Source of the DNA: a virus
Direction: 5' to 3' (one strand)
Virus record (IMG/VR): IMGVR_UViG_3300045988_118025
Span: 3,783-67,782 of that record
DNA length: 64,000 nt
In this document: in pieces, positions 29,821 to 38,688 of the stretch
Position numbering within the stretch: the stretch's first letter is position 1
How the letters are laid out: each line of letters starts with the position of its first letter
Notes under the pieces: generated by a model
Database searches by the model: none
What the model was told of the DNA's origin: nothing
What the model saw: the letters and a program-made list of their open reading frames with translations, nothing else
Made by a program: the position numbers and the translations under genes

Positions 29821-30534
29821 ATGTACATCAATTTCAGACAACTTGCAGCATCAGACATGACTCCTAATGATCTTGCTAATCTTCTTGCCATAAGACAGAA
29901 GGATACGGTTATGATCGAAGCCATGCCGGAAGAAGATGCTGGGAGGTATATAGAGCTTGGCCTGGTTGAGAAATTAAAATCAGGCGTGATGAGATTGACC
30001 AACAAAGGAACGTCTTTTGTGAATTATATAGAGACTCCGGAAATGACAGACGAGGTTCTGGAAACGTTGAAGATTATGATAGGGATGTACGAATCATATT
30101 CAAAAGACATAGGTGTCAGCAGAAAAGAAGCGGAATCCAGATTGTGTTGGTTTATGGGTAACACCTCATTCAAGAAAGAGGTCATACTTCAGGTAACGGA
30201 ATCTTATATAGCAGAGTCAGGAGATTATACAATGAGCTTATGTAACTTTATATGGAAACCGCCTTCTCAGGCTTTTTCAGTCCATATGAACCTTAAAAAC
30301 TCAAAGCTCTTTGACTTAATAGCTGAAAAATTTAAAATCGCTACCGAGCCTTATTTGGAGTCTAAGAAGAATAAGGAAATGGATTGGTTGTTTGCCGTAT
30401 CTAAATTGCCTACGCCGCCGGCTAAAGGCAATCCGGATTATTTGTTTACCGGAAGTTCGGAAACAGACAAAGAGAGGTTGAAAAACATAAAAACGTATTT
30501 ATTTAACAAAATTAGAAAGCAATGGAAAAAGTAA
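29821..30534 (+). CDS. hypothetical protein (upstream of ACP-like gene)
   Basis: 237-aa ORF. Confidence 0.45.
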   Translation: MYINFRQLAASDMTPNDLANLLAIRQKDTVMIEAMPEEDAGRYIELGLVEKLKSGVMRLTNKGTSFVNYIETPEMTDEVLETLKIMIGMYESYSKDIGVSRKEAESRLCWFMGNTSFKKEVILQVTESYIAESGDYTMSLCNFIWKPPSQAFSVHMNLKNSKLFDLIAEKFKIATEPYLESKKNKEMDWLFAVSKLPTPPAKGNPDYLFTGSSETDKERLKNIKTYLFNKIRKQWKK

Positions 30535-30773
30535 GAATTAGAAAGATAATAGAGGATATAATTATTACTCAGTTTCTTAATTCGGAAATGGATATAGTTC
30601 ATGAAGAAGATGTGTCGTTTAAAGAACTTGGATTAGATTCTATTGATCGAATTGAGCTTGATGTGATGGTGGAACAAAAATTCAATATCGTTATTATTGA
30701 TTATGATACAGAATCCATCAAAGATATGACTGATCTTGTTTACAAAATAATAACAGAAGGATATGGGAAATGA
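30522..30773 (+). CDS. acyl-carrier-protein-like protein
   Basis: SFKELGLDSIDRIELDVMVEQKFNIVIIDYD aligns with the ACP core [32 protein letters not shown], including the DS(L/I) phosphopantetheine-attachment serine; 83 aa. Confidence 0.6.
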   Translation: MEKVRIRKIIEDIIITQFLNSEMDIVHEEDVSFKELGLDSIDRIELDVMVEQKFNIVIIDYDTESIKDMTDLVYKIITEGYGK

Positions 30774-31257
30774 TATAATTTTATGCATGGCTTTAATAGC
30801 GTCATTTGCTTTTGTTATACAGTTTTTATTGTCGATATTAGGATCTGATCTGGATACGGATATTGACATTGATAACGCTTCTGATTTAAGCATGTCTTTG
30901 TCGGACATCATATCATTCAAGGGCATAACACATTTTATTCTTGGATATAGCTGGACCACATACTTTTCGGGTTCCCATTTAGTAGGGGTTGTGATAGGGT
31001 CGTTTTTCTTTATCGTTTTGTTTTACGTATATAAATTACTTCTTAAGTTAAAACAAGAAATGGTGTACGAATGTCCGGAAGATTTGAATGGCAGAGAGGT
31101 GGAGATAGTATTTAGATCAGGGAAGAATCATTATATGGTAAATATTTCGAAAAATGGAAGACAGGAGCAAATGAGAGTAAGATGCTTGTCTGGAAAAACT
31201 TACAAAAACGGTGACAAGGCGAATATAAAATATGAAGAAGGAGAATTAAGTATCTAA
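30763..31257 (+). CDS. NfeD-like membrane protein (short NfeD/YuaF type)
   Basis: Two or three N-terminal TM helices, then a soluble C-terminus GREVEIVFRSGKNHYMVNISKNGRQEQMRVRCLSGKTYKNGDKANIKYEEGELSI consistent with the NfeD OB-fold. It sits immediately upstream of an SPFH gene, as in bacterial nfeD-floT operons. Confidence 0.5.
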   Translation: MGNDIILCMALIASFAFVIQFLLSILGSDLDTDIDIDNASDLSMSLSDIISFKGITHFILGYSWTTYFSGSHLVGVVIGSFFFIVLFYVYKLLLKLKQEMVYECPEDLNGREVEIVFRSGKNHYMVNISKNGRQEQMRVRCLSGKTYKNGDKANIKYEEGELSI

Positions 31258-31289
31258 TTTTTTTTATCAACAATTAAATTTTAAAAGTT

Positions 31290-32991
31290 ATGACAACAAT
31301 CATGTACGTGTCAGCTATCTTAGCTGTAGTGATTATTTTGACAATCATCGGAGTCTTATCAAGGTATCGTAGATGTAAGCCTAATCAGGTCTTGGTCGTT
31401 TACGGTAAGACAGGTGGGGAAAAGAAGTCGGCAAAATTATATCATGGTGGAGCGGCATTTGTCTTGCCTATTATTCAAAGCTATGATGTTTTGTCAATGG
31501 AGCCTATGCAAATAGATTGCAAGCTTACCGGTGCTTTGTCATCTCAGAATATTAGAGTAGATGTACCTACGACCATTACAGTAGCTATCAGTACAAATCC
31601 CGAAATCATGCAAAATGCGGCAGAAAGACTTTTGGGGATGGATACCGAATCTACTGAAAATCTTATTACGGACATCGTTTACGGTCAGATGCGTTTGATT
31701 ATTGCTGAAATGACAATCGAAAAACTTAATTCTGACAGGGATGAGTTTTTGGATAAGGCAAGAAAGAACATTGATAACGAGCTTAATAAGTTAGGTCTTT
31801 ACCTCCTGAACATCAACATCAGTGACATCAGAGACGAAGCCGGTTATATTATGAACCTTGGTAAGGAGGCTGAAAGTAGGGCTCTGAACGAAGCACGGGC
31901 TAATATCGAAGAACAGGAGAAACTGGGTGCTATTAAGATTGCTGTACAGCAGAAGGAGAAAGAAACGGCTGTAGCTAATACCAAAAAAGAACAAGAGATT
32001 CAAATTGCTTGTACTGAAAAAGAAAAGGAAACGATAGTAGCTGAAACGAAGAAAGAAAAAGAAATAGCCTTGGCTTTAACCGATAAAGAGAAACAGATCG
32101 GCGTAGCTCAAGCAGATAGAGACAGGGCTGCGGTTATCGCAAAAACTTTAACCGACAAGGAATCGGCGATTGTAAGATCTAAGGCAGAACTTGAAGTAAA
32201 TAAAGCCGAGGCTGAAAGGATGGAAGAAGTCGGAAAGAATAAGGCTGAAGCTGACAAGGAAGCAGCTATAGCAATACAAGACTCTGAAGCTCAGATTAAG
32301 AAGGCTGAGGCTGAGAAAAATGCGTCTATAGGATACAACAATGCCCAGAAGGAGGTTGCTGTGTCAGTATCAGAACTACAGATTATCAAAGCTCAATCAG
32401 AGAAGAAGGCCGGAGAAGAAAAAGTTAAATCGGAAGCGGCTGTAAAAACAGCAAAAGAGCTTGCCGACAAAGAAGTGGAAGAAGCTAAGGCTAAGAAAGT
32501 TCAGGCTGCGCTTAAGGCTGAAAAGATTGTGCCGGCTGAAACCCAGAAGGAAGAGGCTATATTACAAGCTGATGCTGAGGCAGAGAAGATCAAACGCCGG
32601 GCTGAGGCTGAGGCGGCAGCACATTTGGCAAAAGCTGAGGCAGAGGCAAAGGCTATTCAGATGAAACTGGAGGCAGAAGCCGAAGGTAAGAAAAAAGTCG
32701 TTAATGGCAGAAGCCGACGGATTTAAGGCTATGGTGGAAGCAGCAGAATCCAATCCTCAGATCGCCATCCAGTACAAGATGGTTAATCAGTGGAAAGAAA
32801 TTGCCGGAGAACAGGTTAAGGCATTTGAGCACATTAACCTCGGAAATATCACGGTATTTGACGGCGGTCAGAACAGTACCGGTAATTTTCTTAACAATGT
32901 TGTTAAGACCGTCGCTCCGGCATTGGGAGTCATTGATCAGCTTCCGATTGCAGATACTTTAAAGAAGTTAAAAGGAGATGACAAAAAATAA
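31290..32991 (+). CDS. flotillin-like SPFH/band-7 protein (FloT/YqiK type); ORF interrupted by a +1 frameshift at A6 run 32691-32696
   Basis: N-terminal TM helix. The SPFH core matches B. subtilis FloT by eye (GGAAFVLPIIQSYDVLSM ~ GGGAFVWPVVQRAEVMSL; ISDIRDEAGYIMNLGKEAESRA ~ IKDISDKNGYLDALGMPRIAE). A long Ala/Glu/Lys coiled-coil repeat region follows. The flotillin C-terminal segment (FKAMVEAAESNPQIAIQYKMV...NITVFDGG) is encoded by the +1-frame ORF 32704..32991. Confidence 0.7.
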
Positions 32992-32998
32992 ATACAAT

Positions 32999-33020
32999 GG
33001 CCCAAGGTTACACTTGGGCC
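32999..33020 (+). terminator. perfect 8-bp hairpin after flotillin stop
   Basis: GGCCCAAG-gttaca-CTTGGGCC 8 nt after the TAA; no T-run. Confidence 0.3.
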
Positions 33021-33199
33021 TAATTGAAGAAGCAAAAGCAGCATTCATAGATTTCCTGCCGGCAGGGACAGTGATTTTAAGTGCTTTACTAATTACGATA
33101 TTTTTAACATGGATTTTGGACAAGATTTAGAACCAGAAGAACTGACCAAGCATTATGATCAGTGTTATGGAATTGATTTTGAAACAGAAGAAGAGGAGG

Positions 33200-33514
33200 A
33201 TGAAGAGTATGACTGACGAGGAATTTGTATTGGATAATAAGAAAAAGGTTGTTGTAAGAAAAAGAATATCTTATTTAAACAAAGGAGATAAAGTATGGAT
33301 TGTGTCTTCCGACGGGTATCTGCTGCACACGGACGTAGTTAGAGCCGAACGCGGACGGTCTTATGTGGATATAGACGGGATTCTGTATTGGAAGCGAGGA
33401 TTAGATGGTAAGCATCGTAATCGTAATAACTACATGCAGTTTGCCATGACACCAGAAGACGGTAAGAAGTATGTCGTATATTACCCGGAAGGATTTAAAG
33501 ACAATGACTTATGA
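33200..33514 (+). CDS. hypothetical protein
   Basis: Track ORF 33155..33514 trimmed to the ATG at 33200, which has an AGGAGGA RBS. Confidence 0.4.
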   Translation: MKSMTDEEFVLDNKKKVVVRKRISYLNKGDKVWIVSSDGYLLHTDVVRAERGRSYVDIDGILYWKRGLDGKHRNRNNYMQFAMTPEDGKKYVVYYPEGFKDNDL

Positions 33515-34530
33515 TGGTCCCGGAAACACATTTGCTATATAAGGAGTTTAATGGTGTGAAACGTCTTGCCATATCTTATTCCCAGATAGATACGTTTCTT
33601 ACTTGTCCAATGAAATGGTATAAGACTTACGTGGAGGGCAAAAGGTCTACGGAAAAACAAGAAGCTACGTCTTATGGTACGGTTATTCATAAGACACTGG
33701 AATACTTCTTCAAGAACGGAAGACAGCCTTCTGGCAAAGACCTGGGGGAAGCTATAAGTTACTATGCTTACCAAGAAGACATACCTTGGCAATCACCGGA
33801 AAATATGATGATAGCCATGAAGCAATCTGGAGAGCTTCTTGCTTGGATTGTGGATCTGTTCAAAAAAGACGGCAATAGGTTTATGATAGCTGATAGTGAT
33901 CTTAATCCCTGCGAGAAACTTATCAGACACGGCGCTATAGTTGGAGTCGAAGAAGATTTTGTGCTGCCGTACCGTCTTCCTAAGCCTGTTGATATAAATG
34001 GGACCGTTCATACTCATGTGTACATAGTAGGATCGGTAGACCTTCATCTGGCTATAAAAAGCAAGAACGTAGTTCACCATTATGTCATAGATTGGAAATC
34101 AGGTAATAAGGTTTTTGATTCTAAGAAGTTGGAAACGAATTTACAGCATCCTATATATTCATTTTACATCTATAGAAAATATGGTGGAGTTCTACCAGAT
34201 ATGAACATCTATTTCTTTACCAGAACCAGACAATACCAAAAGGTTAAGGTGGATGAGGAACGTAAAACAAAATCTATAGAGATGCTAAATGACACTTTGT
34301 CTAAAATGTATGATTTTGAAGATAATAGTGTAAAAACATTTCAGGCATACATCCAGGGGGCAGAAGGAGCCAGGTATAGCAAGCGGCGTGCCACCCTAAG
34401 CCAGCCTGTTTCGCAAAACAAGCTACCCTGCCCGTCAGCACTGTGTTATTATTGCGACTTTGGATTACATAACAAAAACGAATGCCCTTTCTCTTCGGAT
34501 TGGGATCCGTCTAAAAAGATAAAACGATGA
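33511..34530 (+). CDS. Cas4/RecB-like PD-(D/E)XK nuclease with Fe-S cysteine cluster
   Basis: N-terminal Cys in FLTCPMKWY; motif II VGSVDLHLAI; motif III HHYVIDWKSGNK (D-x-K); C-terminal CPSALCYYC plus NECPF cysteines, as in Cas4/AddB 4Fe-4S nucleases. Confidence 0.6.
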   Translation: MMVPETHLLYKEFNGVKRLAISYSQIDTFLTCPMKWYKTYVEGKRSTEKQEATSYGTVIHKTLEYFFKNGRQPSGKDLGEAISYYAYQEDIPWQSPENMMIAMKQSGELLAWIVDLFKKDGNRFMIADSDLNPCEKLIRHGAIVGVEEDFVLPYRLPKPVDINGTVHTHVYIVGSVDLHLAIKSKNVVHHYVIDWKSGNKVFDSKKLETNLQHPIYSFYIYRKYGGVLPDMNIYFFTRTRQYQKVKVDEERKTKSIEMLNDTLSKMYDFEDNSVKTFQAYIQGAEGARYSKRRATLSQPVSQNKLPCPSALCYYCDFGLHNKNECPFSSDWDPSKKIKR

Positions 34531-34700
34531 AATACGATGATGTTCAAAAGTTAAGAACAAAATACCGGCAAGATCCGGAAGTTATAAACGTAGAATACAA
34601 GAGAGACGTTGCTGTAAGATGTGGGAATTTCAAGAAAGCATTTGAACTTCAGGAGAAGCTGGAGGATATATGGTTTAACTACTTAAAGGGAGTCCAATGA
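34527..34700 (+). CDS. small hypothetical protein (57 aa, below cutoff)
   Basis: ATG at 34527 overlaps the upstream stop (ATGA) and runs to the TGA at 34698-34700, which overlaps the next start. Confidence 0.3.
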   Translation: MKYDDVQKLRTKYRQDPEVINVEYKRDVAVRCGNFKKAFELQEKLEDIWFNYLKGVQ

Positions 34701-35026
34701 AAGAAGATCTAATATGTGGAGTAGCGATCCTTTTGTATTTAGTTTTATTATACTTACTCACGACAGCTTTCATAAAAACAGGTAGAGCAGTAGATCGTTA
34801 TAAGATGAAGAAGAAAACTGACAAAATCAAAGTAGGTCAAAGATACGAACATAAGAACTACTTTGAGGATCCATTTGAAAGAGGCAAGCATGTGATTAAG
34901 ATATTAGACATAAAAGAAGGGTACGCTCTATATGAGTACGAAGAAAAACTATATATACGTTCTTCTGTGAGTCTTGAAGATATTGTTAAAAAATACATTT
35001 TAATTACTGATGTTAAACACAAGTAA
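34697..35026 (+). CDS. hypothetical membrane-anchored protein
   Basis: N-terminal hydrophobic helix ICGVAILLYLVLLYLLTTAFI. Confidence 0.4.
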   Translation: MKEDLICGVAILLYLVLLYLLTTAFIKTGRAVDRYKMKKKTDKIKVGQRYEHKNYFEDPFERGKHVIKILDIKEGYALYEYEEKLYIRSSVSLEDIVKKYILITDVKHK

Positions 35027-35029
35027 GTC

Positions 35030-35407
35030 ATGAAAAAAGAAGTCACAATCAAGGAAGATATGGCTGTGTTTTATAAAAATACAGGAAAAGAACTATGGAT
35101 TTATAACGGACTTTTCAGAAACAAGGTGTTGTCTATAAAAAAAGATAAAGCCATTATCATGTGTGAAACTGATGCTGAATATGCTGTACTGATAGAAGAT
35201 AATCAGTTTATTGCCGTAGCAAAAAACATGGATTATGATTACTGCTGCGCATTCACATTAGGTAATGCCGAGGCTTATGGGGATCGTATGGGCATATCGT
35301 GCAGTGTATGCTTGCTTGAAGATAACGAAGATAAAGCAAGGGAGATGTTGAAAGAGGCGATAATAGAACTTTCAAAAAACAGTAAAATAGATTGCGATGG
35401 GCTTTGA
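35030..35407 (+). CDS. hypothetical protein
   Basis: 125-aa ORF. Confidence 0.4.
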   Translation: MKKEVTIKEDMAVFYKNTGKELWIYNGLFRNKVLSIKKDKAIIMCETDAEYAVLIEDNQFIAVAKNMDYDYCCAFTLGNAEAYGDRMGISCSVCLLEDNEDKAREMLKEAIIELSKNSKIDCDGL

Positions 35408-36818
35408 ACTTAGACCTTACCAAAAAGAGGCAGTAGATGCCGGGCTTAAGTTCCTTACAGGAAGATCTAAGAAGCCTGGCATAGAAGTCTTGCCGTGTGC
35501 AGCGGGGAAGTCTTTGATAATTGGCAAGATAGCTCATGAATTAAAAAGACCTATCCTTGTATTACAGCCATCTAAAGAGATTCTGGAGCAGAATTATGCG
35601 AAGGCTGTATCATTCGGTTCTAAACCTACCATATATTCTGCTTCATGTAAAAAAAAAGAGTTATCGGCTATGACTTATGCTACACTTAAAAGCATAAAGA
35701 AAGACGTAGCAAGGTTGAAAGATATAGGGATAGACACATTATTGATAGATGAGGTGCATAGCGGGTATTCTCCTGAAGAAGGTTCTGAATTTATGGAGTT
35801 TATGAACAGGTTCCCAGAGGCGAAGGTGCTGGGCTTCACCGCCACTCCCTGCCGCCTCCGAACCTACAGTTCCATGCTGGAAGGAAACTACAGCAAACTC
35901 AATATGCTGACGAAAGACGAACATAACTTCTTCAAGAAAATAGTTCATGTAACTCAAATACAAGAGCTAACTTCTCAAGGGTTTTGGTGTCCACTTAAGT
36001 ACGAACGATGGTCGTTTGATGAATCGGCTCTGATGTTAAACAGCACTGGAGCCGAATACACCAACGAATCTATTAAAGAAAGTATTGTACGAAACGGCTT
36101 AAACAACTCTATCTACAAGCGTCTTCTTCAGCTTATGAACGAGCGTAAAGCCATTTTGGTTTGCATGGATTCTATCGAATCATGTAATAGAATATCAGAG
36201 TTCATGAATGCCAGGATGGGAGCCATAACCGGTGTCGTAACATCGCTAACAACCAAAAAGAAAAGAGAGCAAATCATATCAGATTTCAAAGAAGGTAAGT
36301 TGAAGGTGGTTTTTAATTATTCAACGCTTGCTACCGGATTTGATTTTCCTGAACTTGATTGTGTGATGTTTGGTCGACCGACTTTCTCATATTCAACGTA
36401 TTACCAAATATTAGGCCGCGCCGTCCGCATCCATCCTGACAAGAAAGAGGCGCTGATTATTGATTGCTGCGACAACATGAGGCGTTTCGGTCGGATAGAA
36501 GACTTGACAATCGAGCAATTCCCTTCTAAGGGCTGGTGTATGTTTGCCGGAGATCAACTTCTGTCCAATATAAGGATGGGTGATATTATTACCAAAGACG
36601 AGATCCTTCGCCGGGCAGCCTCGCTTAAATCTGTGAATGGAGATGGTAGGAGAGAAGACGATCTTGACAGTATAATAATGTGGTTTGGAAAATATGAAGG
36701 AATTAGATTCAGGGACATACCGGTGTCGTATTTTAGGTTCTTGGCTGAGAATATGGCAGTAAAACCAGGAGATAGAAAAGAAAAGATTATCGAATATTAT
36801 AATAGGATAAAGGCATGA
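35397..36818 (+). CDS. SF2 DEAD/DEAH-box (ResIII-like) DNA helicase
   Basis: Q-motif LRPYQKEAV, motif I PCAAGKSLI, motif II LLIDEVH, motif III GFTATPCR, motif VI QILGRAVR. Confidence 0.75.
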   Translation: MGFELRPYQKEAVDAGLKFLTGRSKKPGIEVLPCAAGKSLIIGKIAHELKRPILVLQPSKEILEQNYAKAVSFGSKPTIYSASCKKKELSAMTYATLKSIKKDVARLKDIGIDTLLIDEVHSGYSPEEGSEFMEFMNRFPEAKVLGFTATPCRLRTYSSMLEGNYSKLNMLTKDEHNFFKKIVHVTQIQELTSQGFWCPLKYERWSFDESALMLNSTGAEYTNESIKESIVRNGLNNSIYKRLLQLMNERKAILVCMDSIESCNRISEFMNARMGAITGVVTSLTTKKKREQIISDFKEGKLKVVFNYSTLATGFDFPELDCVMFGRPTFSYSTYYQILGRAVRIHPDKKEALIIDCCDNMRRFGRIEDLTIEQFPSKGWCMFAGDQLLSNIRMGDIITKDEILRRAASLKSVNGDGRREDDLDSIIMWFGKYEGIRFRDIPVSYFRFLAENMAVKPGDRKEKIIEYYNRIKA

Positions 36819-37171
36819 ACAACAAGAGAAGAAAAAAAATATCAGATGTTGTCAAAAACGTAAATAAGTATAAAACAGATTTTGAATACATCAAATCAAA
36901 GTTATCGGAGTTGAAGTACAACATAAATTCAGCCAAGGATGATGTTGATATGATTTTAGATGAAGAGACTGAGGCGAGAGATAATATACCGGAATCGTTA
37001 CAAGACTCAGAAAGATATTGGGAATCAGATCAGGCTGTAACTGATATGGAGGAGGTGGTTGATGACATGGAAAGTATTATAAATGATATAGATGATGTGA
37101 TTTCGACCATAGATGGGAGCATTAAAACCATAAATGGTTCTATAAAAGTAAATTTGGTAGGAATAATGTGA
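36815..37171 (+). CDS. hypothetical acidic coiled-coil protein
   Basis: 118-aa ORF. Confidence 0.4.
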   Translation: MNNKRRKKISDVVKNVNKYKTDFEYIKSKLSELKYNINSAKDDVDMILDEETEARDNIPESLQDSERYWESDQAVTDMEEVVDDMESIINDIDDVISTIDGSIKTINGSIKVNLVGIM

Positions 37172-37223
37172 GTCCATAAAAACACTATAAGTAAAATTTA
37201 ACACTATAATTTTTTATTGATGT

Positions 37224-37251
37224 ATCATGATGTATATATTTGCATCATGAT
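37224..37251 (+). promoter_or_regulatory. inverted repeat ATCATGATG-N10-CATCATGAT enclosing a TAtaTTTG Bacteroides-type -7 box
   Basis: Perfect 9-bp inverted repeat arms at 37224-37232 and 37243-37251; the spacer contains TATATTTG (37235-37242); direct repeats ACACTATAA at 37182-37190 and 37201-37209. Confidence 0.45.
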
Positions 37252-37272
37252 ATTTTTTTAGTGTTATATTTC

Positions 37273-38028
37273 ATGAAAACAAATGTTACAATGGTATCGA
37301 AAGATCGGGAACTGTTTGGTGTTATAATTAAACAAGACACCAAAACATCATTTATGTCCTTAACAGACCTACAAGAGGCTTATACGAGAAAAAGGATAGA
37401 AATGGGATGGAATGAAAAGAGAATAGAGAACATTCTGTCCAATAAAGAAAGTGCTGAACGAATATACTATATCCTTGAAAAACAGGGATATACGATAGAA
37501 GCAGGATTTCCTGGTTTTATCCAATCTGTTGAAAAAGAATCACTTATAAAAGTGATGAAAAAGATGGGAGCTTATAAAACTATGGGAAGAGGAGAGAATA
37601 GGAGGACGATGTGCAATCCTTATATATGGGTTCTTGTAGCTATGGAGCTTAACCCTATGCTGTATGCTGAAGTAGTAACATGGTTGACGGACAAACTTAT
37701 TTTAAATAGGATAGAAGCAGGAGATAAATATAATGTCCTATCAAGGGCCATATCAAGATTTCCTGATGCTGATTATACGAGAATGGCTAAAGGCCTCAAT
37801 TGGATCGTTTTTAACGAACATGAGAGCATGATAAGAAACAGAGCAACTCAAGAGCAGTTAAAAGAACTTGAAATGCTTCAATCCAATCTTGCATTTTGTA
37901 TAGAAATGGGAACCATATCTTCTTTTTCCGATTTAATAAACATGATGGGGGCTATATATAAGAAAAAGTGGGGATCGGGAGCAGTATCTTCTAAAAATAT
38001 AAAATCTTCAAATAATGGAAACAAATGA
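37273..38028 (+). CDS. putative KilA-N-like DNA-binding protein
   Basis: Track ORF 37240 uses a TTG inside the promoter; first ATG is at 37273. N-terminal FGVIIKQDTKTSFMSLTDLQEAY weakly resembles the KilA-N/APSES core. Confidence 0.35.
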   Translation: MKTNVTMVSKDRELFGVIIKQDTKTSFMSLTDLQEAYTRKRIEMGWNEKRIENILSNKESAERIYYILEKQGYTIEAGFPGFIQSVEKESLIKVMKKMGAYKTMGRGENRRTMCNPYIWVLVAMELNPMLYAEVVTWLTDKLILNRIEAGDKYNVLSRAISRFPDADYTRMAKGLNWIVFNEHESMIRNRATQEQLKELEMLQSNLAFCIEMGTISSFSDLINMMGAIYKKKWGSGAVSSKNIKSSNNGNK

Positions 38029-38320
38029 ATTAAGGGAAATACTTAAATTGTATGGTCTTCAACATGATGTTGTTATCAACAAGAGTTCAAGAAGGTATTC
38101 TATTATCTTAGATAATAACATAATAGGAACCAATCACGACAAAGAGAGGGTGGTTGTGTTCCGTTCTATACCGGAAGGGAAAAACACATTCTGCATGGAG
38201 CGAGATAGGTTCTACACGGAGTTTGAAGAAGCTTTTGATGACGATAAAGCCATAGAAGCCGTAAGACAATATTTTGAAAACAATAAAACAGAAAGTCATG
38301 AACGAAAACGAAGTATTTAG
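38015..38320 (+). CDS. hypothetical protein
   Basis: 101-aa ORF. Confidence 0.4.
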   Translation: METNELREILKLYGLQHDVVINKSSRRYSIILDNNIIGTNHDKERVVVFRSIPEGKNTFCMERDRFYTEFEEAFDDDKAIEAVRQYFENNKTESHERKRSI

Positions 38321-38639
38321 ATTAAAGGGCAGAATAGCTATATCCAACCTATCACGTGAGGACAAGGATATGATAAATAGCATCCTTGATGGTATCAACA
38401 AAAAGGATGAAGAGGAAAAAGGATATGTCTATACCGTGAAAGTAAAACTAAACAACGGAAGTCTTGCACATGCTACTTTATTTTTTAAAAGCAATACAGG
38501 CCCTACATTTGAAGACTTAAAGAAGGAGCTTGATGACATGGGAATTAAAGATGATGATTATAGTGATAGCGGCATAATTATCATTAACCGCATTGTTATG
38601 AGCGGAGAAGAATTTGATCGCTTTATAGGCGAAGAATAA
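38274..38639 (+). CDS. hypothetical protein
   Basis: 121-aa ORF. Confidence 0.4.
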   Translation: MKTIKQKVMNENEVFRLKGRIAISNLSREDKDMINSILDGINKKDEEEKGYVYTVKVKLNNGSLAHATLFFKSNTGPTFEDLKKELDDMGIKDDDYSDSGIIIINRIVMSGEEFDRFIGEE

Positions 38640-38688
38640 AATAATGGGCTATATTATTATACTAATTGATTAAAACAACGATAAAACG

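Noticed and set aside
32461-32664. Arg/Leu-rich 67-aa + strand ORF in an alternative frame of the flotillin gene
   Set aside because: An out-of-frame translation of GAAGC repeat DNA. It is not supported as a separate gene.
31900-32700. Periodic GCTGAGGC / GAAGCTGA repeats that could look like a tandem-repeat or CRISPR-like array
   Set aside because: They are the codon-level image of the Ala/Glu/Lys coiled-coil repeats in the flotillin C-terminal half. There are no spacer/repeat units of constant length.
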